Shown here in pieces: positions 1-7,231 of a stretch of DNA of 64,000 nucleotides. Made by a program: the position numbers and the translations under genes. Position 1 is the first letter of the stretch; the number at the start of each line of letters is the position of its first letter. Location: positions 1 to 64,000 of the forward strand of contig JBFLZG010000001.1 of NCBI GenBank assembly GCA_040756235.1, read 5' to 3'. Source of the DNA: a bacterium. Its GTDB lineage: Bacteria > Desulfobacterota > DSWW01. The notes under the pieces are model-generated. The model was not told the DNA's origin and made no database searches. It worked only from the letters and a program-made list of their open reading frames with translations.

Positions 1-42
1 TGGAATGACGGAGACGAGAAGGCGGTGTCGCCTTCCGTCACT

Positions 43-117
43 GTAGGGGCGCTGCTGGCCGGGCCCGCCCGGGGGACCGGCGGGCCGCCTCTTGTAGGGG
101 CGACGCATGCGTCGCCC
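43..117 (+). repeat. GTAG-type REP pair
   Basis: GTAGGGGCGCTGCTGGCCGGGCCC (43-66) and GTAGGGGCGACGCATGCGTCGCCC (94-117). The latter recurs exactly at 28566, 33009 and, inverted, at 21597. Confidence 0.8.
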
Positions 118-135
118 TTTCCTGAGCGCCCGCGC

Positions 136-657
136 CTACTGCTCCCAGGGGCGGAAGATCTCGTCGGGGTGGTCGAAGACGTAGCGGATTCTGGCTCGGG
201 CATCCTCGCGGATGGCTTCCTTGGCCGGCGCATCGAGGTCCTGCCGGCCGAGCCAGCGGTCCAGCAGCTGGGCGCCCGGCAGCCACATCTCCATGGTCTC
301 CCTCTCGGTGACCCAGGCCTTCATCCTCACGCCGAAGCGCTCGAGGATGGCCCAGACCTCGCTCCGCTCCCGGCGGTCGCAGTAGACCATCATCACGCAT
401 TCCCGGAGGCCGAGGTCTGCGGGCGGAGAGCGGTCGTACTTGATGCAGGGGATCTTCCTCTCTTCGACGAACGGGTCGAGCTTCTCGGCCAGCTCGTCCA
501 GCCGGGCCCGGGTCCCCAGCACGATCCACTTGCCCCAGTACTGCAGCACTTCCCCGTTCGTCATGGGGCGGCCGCCGCGGACGGTATACGTCCTGCCCAT
601 GAGCGTCAGCGGATGATAAATGAAGATGAAATGAGATCTCGGGTCGTCGACGATCAC
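136..657 (-). CDS. Hypothetical protein (~173 aa)
   Basis: Protein-like ORF (YWGKWIV...IPCIKYDR...VMMVYCD). The probable GTG start at 657 lies 4 nt after the stop of the upstream MoaD-like gene. Confidence 0.65.
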   Translation of the reverse strand: MIVDDPRSHFIFIYHPLTLMGRTYTVRGGRPMTNGEVLQYWGKWIVLGTRARLDELAEKLDPFVEERKIPCIKYDRSPPADLGLRECVMMVYCDRRERSEVWAILERFGVRMKAWVTERETMEMWLPGAQLLDRWLGRQDLDAPAKEAIREDARARIRYVFDHPDEIFRPWEQ

Positions 658-661
658 GCTC

Positions 662-931
662 TCACCCGCCGGCGGCGAGGGGAATGATACCCAGCTCATC
701 CCCTTCCCGGACAGGTGTGGCGAGCCCGCCCAGGTGCCGTATGTTGTCGCCGTTCAGAAAGAGCAGGGCCGATGCGATCTCGCCCCTCTGGTCGAGGAGC
801 CTGGCCTTGAGACCCGGGAAGCTCCGGTCCAGATGCTCGATGCACTCGGCCACGGTTGCCCCTTCACAGCGCACCTCGTCCTGGCCACGGAACCATTCGC
901 CCAGCGAAGAAGGAATCCTCACGACGACCAT
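662..931 (-). CDS. MoaD/ThiS-family ubiquitin-like sulfur carrier (89 aa)
   Basis: MVVVRIPSSL...LFLNGDNIRHLGGLATPVREGDELGIIPLAAGG. Has the C-terminal Gly-Gly and a GGGAGG RBS upstream. Confidence 0.85.
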   Translation of the reverse strand: MVVVRIPSSLGEWFRGQDEVRCEGATVAECIEHLDRSFPGLKARLLDQRGEIASALLFLNGDNIRHLGGLATPVREGDELGIIPLAAGG

Positions 932-1162
932 GCCATGCGCCCTCCCGGCGGCGCTCTTGCGCGAGGCGGAGACGCCGCCGCGGAACGAATGATCGCATGA
1001 GCCGATGCAATCGCCGGGCCTCGCCCCGCCGCCGCAGACAGGCTGCTTGGGTGCCGCGCTCCCGAAGCATTCAAAAGTCGACAGGCTGCTCACTTACAGC
1101 AGGCAGGCCGCGGGCCTGCCGAGCACCGCGGGGCGGCCGCCGCGGGATGTCCCGGAGACGCG

Positions 1163-1282
1163 TGTCCCAACTCTGGCCCAATGCGCCGGCAGACGTGACA
1201 GGTCTGACCCATAGAGGATTTATTCAGCTTATCCGAAAAGTTCTGAGTCCGGGGGGGAATTCCCTGGGACCAGAATGCCCCA
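1163..1282. promoter_or_regulatory. Three putative upstream activator sites, TGnGnCA-N4-TGnCnCA-like (1163-1180, 1194-1211, 1265-1282)
   Basis: TGTCCCAACTCTGGCCCA, CGTGACAGGTCTGACCCA, TGGGACCAGAATGCCCCA. A similar trio with similar spacing occurs at the other two sigma54 promoters. Confidence 0.6.
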
Positions 1283-1369
1283 GCCGTGCGCCTTCGGTTC
1301 TCCCGGCGGGTCTGTCGCTGGCAACTTTTTTCCAATGAAAACAGCTCGTTAATGCCCGGCTCCGGCTGC

Positions 1370-1384
1370 TGGCACCGATCTTGC
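1370..1384 (+). promoter_or_regulatory. sigma54 (-24/-12) promoter of ass operon 1
   Basis: TGGCAC-CGATC-TTGC, exact TGGCAC-N5-TTGC consensus, 140 nt upstream of the first gene. Confidence 0.85.
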
Positions 1385-1523
1385 CCCAATGAATGGCCGC
1401 TGACAAGGGCCGAGGGCGTGCGGCAGAGGGGGGCGGCAGCACGGCTTCGGCCTTCGCGCTTGTCTCGAGGGCAGCCGGAACGGTCTCGGGGGGAGGACGC
1501 AGGGAATGCAGCGGAGCCGCGGG

Positions 1524-1931
1524 ATGAACCAGCAGAGGAGAGTGCGCGTGCTGATCGCCAAGCCGGGCCTGGACGGTCACGAGCGCGGAGCTCGCGTCGT
1601 GGCCTACGGCCTGCGCGACGCAGGGTTCGAGGTCATTTACACGGGGCTGCGGCAGACGCCGGACCAGATCGCCACGACCGCTGTACACGAGGACGTGGAC
1701 GTCGTCGGCCTGTCGATCCTGTCCGGGGCGCACCTCTCCCTGGCCGGCAGCGTCCTGGAGAACCTGAAGGAGCAGGGGGCTGCGGATGTGCTGGTGCTGG
1801 TCGGGGGGATCATTCCGGAGCAGGACGTCCCGGCGTTGAAGGAGATGGGCGTGAGCGAGGTCTTCACCGCCGGCACCCCGGTCAAGAGGATCGCGGAGTT
1901 CATCGCGTCCAGGCTCCCGGCGAGCCGCTAG
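1524..1931 (+). CDS. Acyl-CoA mutase small (cobalamin-binding) subunit
   Basis: [12 protein letters not shown] (DxHxxG) and [10 protein letters not shown] motifs; paralog at 38849. Confidence 0.93.
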   Translation: MNQQRRVRVLIAKPGLDGHERGARVVAYGLRDAGFEVIYTGLRQTPDQIATTAVHEDVDVVGLSILSGAHLSLAGSVLENLKEQGAADVLVLVGGIIPEQDVPALKEMGVSEVFTAGTPVKRIAEFIASRLPASR

Positions 1932-1974
1932 ACCGGCAGGAAGCAGGTCGTTGCGTACCCGAGGGGGCGTAGGA

Positions 1975-3741
1975 ATGGGGAAGACAAAGGACGCAGCAAC
2001 AGCAGCAGAGAAGGTCAGGGAAGCGGAGCAGGCCTGGCTGGAGGGGGTGCTCAACCCGCGGGTCAAGAAGTTCAATCTTCCCGAGAGCCCCACGAAGTTC
2101 TACAGCCCTGCCGCCGTGGAGGAGTTCGACTTCCTCGAGAAGGTGGGCTTCCCGGGACAGTATCCGTTCACGGCCGGGAACAGCCCGTTCGAGTTCTGGC
2201 GCGCGAACGTCGAGCTGGCCGCCAGGAACGGATACCGGCCGGACTGGGGCGGATCGGGCGGCGTGGGCAAGTACGGGGGCTTCGGCACACCATCCGATTA
2301 CCGCGACTATTTGCTGAGGATGCACGCGACCGGCAGGAAGGGCGGGCCCAACATCGCCTTCGATCTCGTGACCCAGTGCGGGTACGACTCGGACAGCCCG
2401 CAGGGGCAGGGGGAGGTGGGCCGCGTCGGCGTGGCGGTGGATTCCTTCCGCGACTTCCGGATCATCTACGAGGCCTACACCGGGGACCTCGAGATCGACC
2501 GGATCCCCTCCAACTTCACCATCAACGCACCGGCGGCCGTGATCGTCGCGATGTACGTGGCGCTGGCCGAGAAGCGCGGGATCCCGCTGGCCAAGCTCCG
2601 CGGCACCCCGCAGAACGACATTCTCAAGGAGTTCATCGCCCGCGGCACCTACATCTACCCTCCGAAACCTTCGCTGCGCCTGTTCCGCGACACCCTGGTC
2701 TTCTGCACCCAGAACCTGCCGAACCTGAACATCGTGAGCATGGGCGGATACCACATCCGGGAAGCCGGGGCGAGCCGCGCCCAGGACCTGGCGTTTTCCA
2801 TGGCGAATGCCGCCGCATACCTGCAGACCGGGGTGGACGCCGGCTTCGAGGTCGACCGCTTCGCCCCCATGTTCACCTTCAACGCCTTCGGCGGCAGCAT
2901 GGAGATCTACGACGAGATCGCCTTCCAGCGCGCCGCCCGCCGCATGTACGCCCGCATGCTCAAGGAGCGCTTCGGAGCCCGCAATCCCAGGAGCATGGTC
3001 ATCCGTCAGCCGGTCTCGGCACACATCGGCTGCTCCTCCACCACGCTCCAGCGGCCCTTGAACAATCTCACCCGGGCGGTCATCGGCGGGCTCGCGGCCG
3101 GCATGTCCGGCTCCATGCCGCTGGCGTTCCCGCCCTACGACGAGCCGCTCGGGCTCGGTCACAGCATCGAGGCCGTCCAGCTCCAGCTCGACGCGACCCG
3201 CATCCTGATTCACGAGGCCAAGATCACGGACGTCGTGGATCCCTGGGCCGGCTCGTATTTCATGGAATCCCTGACGGACCGGATCGAAGGGGAGGCGCTG
3301 GCCGAGCTCGGCAGGATCGAAGAGATGGGCGGAGCCGTGGCGGCGATCGAGAGCGGCTACATGCAGCAGGCCATTGCGCAGAGCGCCTATGAGAGACAGC
3401 GGCGCATCGAGAACCAGGAAGACTTCGTGGTGGGAGTGAACTGCTTCACCCGGGATTACGAGATCGACGTGAAGGTCCATCGGGCGGTCGAGCTGCCATA
3501 CGCGCCGGAGCTGCTGAAGACGGCCGAGGAGCGGCAGAAGGCCAGCCTGGCGCAGCTCAAGAGGGAGCGAGACGGCCGTGCCGTGTCTGCGGCACTGGCG
3601 CAGCTCGAGCGCGACGCCCGCGACGAAAGTGTGAACCTCATGCCGGACATCTGCGCGTGCGTGAAGAGCGAGGCCACCCTGCAGGAGATCTGCGACGTGC
3701 TGCGAGGGGTTTTCGGGGAGGCGGAGCCCTCGAGGGTATAG
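1975..3741 (+). CDS. Acyl-CoA mutase large subunit (methylmalonyl-CoA mutase family; putative (1-methylalkyl)succinyl-CoA mutase)
   Basis: PGQYPFT, GEVGRVGVAVDS, LRGTPQNDILKEFIARGTYIYPP, GYHIREAGA, VDPWAGSYFMESLT; located inside the ass operon. Confidence 0.9.
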   Translation: MGKTKDAATAAEKVREAEQAWLEGVLNPRVKKFNLPESPTKFYSPAAVEEFDFLEKVGFPGQYPFTAGNSPFEFWRANVELAARNGYRPDWGGSGGVGKYGGFGTPSDYRDYLLRMHATGRKGGPNIAFDLVTQCGYDSDSPQGQGEVGRVGVAVDSFRDFRIIYEAYTGDLEIDRIPSNFTINAPAAVIVAMYVALAEKRGIPLAKLRGTPQNDILKEFIARGTYIYPPKPSLRLFRDTLVFCTQNLPNLNIVSMGGYHIREAGASRAQDLAFSMANAAAYLQTGVDAGFEVDRFAPMFTFNAFGGSMEIYDEIAFQRAARRMYARMLKERFGARNPRSMVIRQPVSAHIGCSSTTLQRPLNNLTRAVIGGLAAGMSGSMPLAFPPYDEPLGLGHSIEAVQLQLDATRILIHEAKITDVVDPWAGSYFMESLTDRIEGEALAELGRIEEMGGAVAAIESGYMQQAIAQSAYERQRRIENQEDFVVGVNCFTRDYEIDVKVHRAVELPYAPELLKTAEERQKASLAQLKRERDGRAVSAALAQLERDARDESVNLMPDICACVKSEATLQEICDVLRGVFGEAEPSRV

Positions 3742-3915
3742 GAGGCTGTCCATAAATGCTCATCTGCGGAGCCTGTTGCGAGCGAAGCGAAGCAATCCCC
3801 CGACGCAATACTGCGGCAGGCGGTTGTGAACGGGGGTTTCCTCGTCGCTCAGCCTCCTCGGAACAGGCCTCAGGATTTCGTGCGCCTTGCATCTGGACAT
3901 TTCTGAACAGCCTCC
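3741..3915 (+). mobile_element. MITE-like element, family A, copy 1
   Basis: Terminal inverted repeats GGAGGCTGT...ACAGCCTCC. Internal GCGCCTTGCATCTGG is shared with the copies at 7090, 21175 and 51116. Confidence 0.7.
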
Positions 3916-4008
3916 AAGGGTCGAATTCTCGGGCAAGCTCCGAGTCCCGATGCGCAATGGCATAGGACACGACCCACCTAAAGAGTATTCCTTCGGCTGG
4001 AGGAAGAA

Positions 4009-5355
4009 ATGGCGGAAGTTGAAGGCACCCCCGGGTTCACGCGGCAACTGGCGCGCTTCATCGCCAAGCTCGATGCGTCGGCGGTCCCGGCCGAAGCGCT
4101 CGAGCACGCGAAGGTCGCCTTCATGGACTGGCTCGCCGTGACCCTGGCGGGCAAGGACGACCCGCTGGTGGCCAAGCTGATCGACTATGCGGACGCCATG
4201 GGGGGCAACGGCCAGGCGACCCTCCTGGGACACGGGAAGAAGAAGAGCGTGAGCCAGGCCGCGCTGATCAACGGGTCCGCCTCCCACGTGCTCGACTACG
4301 ACGACACGCTCGAGGCGTTCCTGGGCCACCCTTCGGTCACGCTCTTCCCCTCCGTGCTGGCCCTGTCCGAGTGGCTGGAGAAGAGCGGGAAGGAGTTCCT
4401 CTGCGCCTATCTGGCGGGGCTCCAAGTGGGGGCCACGATCGGCCGGTCGGCCGGCATGGAGCACTACATGGCCGGCTGGCACGGGACCTCCACGATCGGG
4501 CACCTGGCTTCCGCGGCGGGCTGCGCCTGGCTCCTGGGCCTGGACGAGAAACAGTGCGCCTGCGCCCTGGGCATCGCCGGCACCCAGTCCTCGGGCCTGA
4601 AGCGCGTCTTCGGCACCATGTGCAAGCCGTTCCACGCGGGCAAGTCTTCGCAGGCCGGCCTGATGGCCGCGCTCCTGGCCGAGCGCGGGTTCACCAGCGC
4701 CGAGGACATCCTGGAGGGGCCCCTCGGATTCTTCCACTGCCTGAAGGGCAAGGTGAACGAGGAGGCCCTGGCCAGGCTGGGCCGGGCGTGGGACGTGGAG
4801 AAGCTCTCCCAGAAATACCATGCCTCGTGCCACGCCACCCACTCGCCCCTGGAAGCGGCCCTCCAGATCGTGCAGGAGCAGGGTATCGGTCTGGAGAGCA
4901 TCGGCTCCGTCCGGGTGCACGTGTCCCAGCTCGCTCTGGACGCGGCCGGGAAGATCGAGCCCGCGACCGGGCTGGAGGGCAAGTTCAGCATCCCCTACTG
5001 CGTGGCCAACGCCCTGGTGCGCGGCGAGACCGGGACCCGGTGCTTCACGGACCAGAAGGTCGGCGAGCCTCGGGTGCGCGAGCTGATGGGCCGCATCAAA
5101 GTCGTCCTGAACCCGGACTTCAAGGCCCTCGAATCCCGCGTCGAGGTCGAGACCCGAAGCTCCCGGGTCTTCTCGTCCTTTTCCGACATCCTGCAGAAGA
5201 TACCCCCCCTGGCCGTGAAGAAGGAGCGCGTGCAGAGCAAGTACCTCGACCTGTGCGGGAGCGTGCTCGGCCGCGATCGCGCCCGGGAGCTGGGGGAGGA
5301 GATCCTGAGGCTGGAGACCGTCCCGACCATGAAGCCCTTTGTCGATGGGCTGTGA
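4009..5355 (+). CDS. MmgE/PrpD-family protein
   Basis: [52 protein letters not shown] motifs. Confidence 0.9.
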   Translation: MAEVEGTPGFTRQLARFIAKLDASAVPAEALEHAKVAFMDWLAVTLAGKDDPLVAKLIDYADAMGGNGQATLLGHGKKKSVSQAALINGSASHVLDYDDTLEAFLGHPSVTLFPSVLALSEWLEKSGKEFLCAYLAGLQVGATIGRSAGMEHYMAGWHGTSTIGHLASAAGCAWLLGLDEKQCACALGIAGTQSSGLKRVFGTMCKPFHAGKSSQAGLMAALLAERGFTSAEDILEGPLGFFHCLKGKVNEEALARLGRAWDVEKLSQKYHASCHATHSPLEAALQIVQEQGIGLESIGSVRVHVSQLALDAAGKIEPATGLEGKFSIPYCVANALVRGETGTRCFTDQKVGEPRVRELMGRIKVVLNPDFKALESRVEVETRSSRVFSSFSDILQKIPPLAVKKERVQSKYLDLCGSVLGRDRARELGEEILRLETVPTMKPFVDGL

Positions 5356-5389
5356 GCCGCCTGGCGGGCAAGCAGAAAGAGAATGCGCA

Positions 5390-6352
5390 ATGGGCCCTCG
5401 TGTGCTGGTCACGGACATCCAGAGGTTCTGCGTGAACGACGGACCCGGGTTCCGGACGAACGTCTACCTGAAAGGGTGCATGCTGCGCTGCGCGTGGTGC
5501 CACAACCCGGAGACGATCGCGCCGCATCCCGACCTGTACTGGAAAAGACGCCTTTGCGTGCAGTGCGGTGCGTGCCTCGAGGCGTGCCCGCGCGACGCCA
5601 TCCGGCCCCCGGTTCCCCCGGAGGAGGCCCAGCAGGACGGCTCGACCTATCACAAGATCGACCGGGTGCGCTGCGACCGGTGCATGAAGTGCGTGGAAGC
5701 CTGCCTCTACGGAGCCCTGGAGATCGCCGGCAAGCCGATGACGGTCTCCGAGGTGATCGACGAAGTGGAGCGGGACAAGCCGTTTTACGACAATTCGGGC
5801 GGCGGCATGACCCTGAGCGGCGGCGAGCCGACTTTCCACGCGGAGTTCTCGCGGGAGCTGCTGCGGGAGGCCAGGGCGAGGGGCATCCACGTCTGCCTGG
5901 ACACCAACGGGTGCTGTGAGTGGGACGTGCTGGCGGAGCTGGCCGAGGCGACCGATGTCGTGCTGTTCGACCTGAAGCACCTCGATTCCGGAATGCACAA
6001 GGAAAAGACCGGTGCGGGCAACGAGGCGATCCTGCGCAACCTGGGGCTCCTCGCCGGCGCCGGGAAGCCGGTCTGGGTGCGCATCCCCGTGGTCCCCGGC
6101 TACAACGATTCGCTCGCATTCCACGAGCGCGCTTCCGGGTTTCTCGCCGGCCTGGGCGGCGCCGTTCAAAGGATCGATCTGCTCCCTTTCCACAACTGGT
6201 GTCAGGACAAGTACGGCTGGCTCGGCCTCGACTGGGACCTGAAGGAAACCGAGGCGCTGGAATCGACCTTTGTGGAGGTCCTGCTGGAGCCGTACCGGGA
6301 GAAGGGGCTCCAGGCTACGGTCGGAGGATCGGGCTTCGAGGGGAAGAGCTAG
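5390..6352 (+). CDS. assD: Glycyl-radical enzyme activating enzyme (radical SAM), alkylsuccinate synthase activase
   Basis: [22 protein letters not shown] (CxxxCxxC), two ferredoxin motifs (CVQCGACLEAC, CDRCMKCVEAC) and SGGEP; directly upstream of assBCA. Confidence 0.92.
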   Translation: MGPRVLVTDIQRFCVNDGPGFRTNVYLKGCMLRCAWCHNPETIAPHPDLYWKRRLCVQCGACLEACPRDAIRPPVPPEEAQQDGSTYHKIDRVRCDRCMKCVEACLYGALEIAGKPMTVSEVIDEVERDKPFYDNSGGGMTLSGGEPTFHAEFSRELLREARARGIHVCLDTNGCCEWDVLAELAEATDVVLFDLKHLDSGMHKEKTGAGNEAILRNLGLLAGAGKPVWVRIPVVPGYNDSLAFHERASGFLAGLGGAVQRIDLLPFHNWCQDKYGWLGLDWDLKETEALESTFVEVLLEPYREKGLQATVGGSGFEGKS

Positions 6353-6384
6353 CCCTCGACATTTCAGAACAAGGAGATGAGTTC

Positions 6385-6753
6385 ATGGGCCGAAGAGACC
6401 AGTGGAAACAGGCGTGCGACTCGATGCTGGGCGAGTTCACCAAACCCAAGACCTTCGAGGAGAGGGAGAAGGTGCCTGAGAAGGCGTGCGGGCTCTGCAA
6501 GAACTTCTCCGAGAACGCCTACGTGTCGGACGGTCGGGGCACCTGCGGGGTCCTCAAGACCGGATCGGACGTCGCGCTCGATCCTCCGGTGTACGTGACG
6601 GAGGGCGAAGCCGGGCTCATCACGTTCTTCAACAAGGACGGGGCCCGGTGCGCCCACTTCGCCAGGATGGAGATGATCGACAAGGACGGGGCGGAATGCG
6701 CGGACCCGGCCTTCCGCCGCGCCCACAGGCAGATGGAGAAGATGGGGAAGTAG
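6385..6753 (+). CDS. assB: Alkylsuccinate synthase small subunit AssB/MasB-like (122 aa)
   Basis: MGRRDQWKQ...CGLCKNFSE...C...C...ECADPAFRR; AAGGAG RBS; between activase and assC; paralog at 42693. Confidence 0.78.
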   Translation: MGRRDQWKQACDSMLGEFTKPKTFEEREKVPEKACGLCKNFSENAYVSDGRGTCGVLKTGSDVALDPPVYVTEGEAGLITFFNKDGARCAHFARMEMIDKDGAECADPAFRRAHRQMEKMGK

Positions 6754-6866
6754 GAGAGCGAGAACGGGGCCTTGCGCTCAGAGGCCGGACGAGGTCTCTG
6801 CCCGTGCCACGGACCCGGGAAACGAGAACAAGCAAACCGCAAGACGTGAGAAGGAGGGAAGCGGCC

Positions 6867-7031
6867 ATGGCGACCTGCAAAGAATGCAAGAGCTTCTTCG
6901 CGCTGGAGGGTGACCCCAACAAAGGAGACTGCGTGCAGCGCGTGGTGGACCCTCGGCAGGCCTACTACAAGGCCAAGCCGGTGGAGGCGGACCGGAACGC
7001 GTCCAAGTGCACTTCCTTTCAGAAGAAATAG
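6867..7031 (+). CDS. assC: Alkylsuccinate synthase gamma-type subunit (BssC/TutF family, 54 aa)
   Basis: MATCKECKSFF...GDCVQRVVDPRQAYYKAKPV...KCTSF, four-Cys pattern; AAGGAGG RBS. Embedded in the longer track ORF 6486..7031. Confidence 0.85.
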   Translation: MATCKECKSFFALEGDPNKGDCVQRVVDPRQAYYKAKPVEADRNASKCTSFQKK

Positions 7032-7089
7032 AGGACGGGCGAGCGGGAGCGGACCCCCCGTCAGAGAGGGTGTCGAAAAACACCCTTTG

Positions 7090-7218
7090 GAGAGGCTGTT
7101 GAGAAATGGCCAGATGCAAGGCGCGCGAAATCCTGAGGAATGAGGCGTACATGGCTGTACGCCGCAATGACGAAGGATGAGTGCAACGCAGCAGATGGCT
7201 GCTTCTCGACAGCCTCTC
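7090..7218 (-). mobile_element. MITE-like element, family A, copy 2 (inverted), between assC and assA
   Basis: GAGAGGCTGT...ACAGCCTCTC termini with CCAGATGCAAGGCGC core; absent from the matching intergenic region of operon 2. Confidence 0.7.
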
Positions 7219-7231
7219 AGAGAGGAGAATC

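Noticed and set aside
1385..1523. Cobalamin riboswitch ahead of the B12 mutase genes
   Set aside because: No B12-box was recognisable and the leader is not conserved with the operon 2 leader. An Rfam scan would settle it.
3739..3741. Pyrrolysine read-through of TAG stops followed by structured sequence (3741, 21175)
   Set aside because: Paralogs end at the same position with TGA, and the downstream structure is MITE family A.
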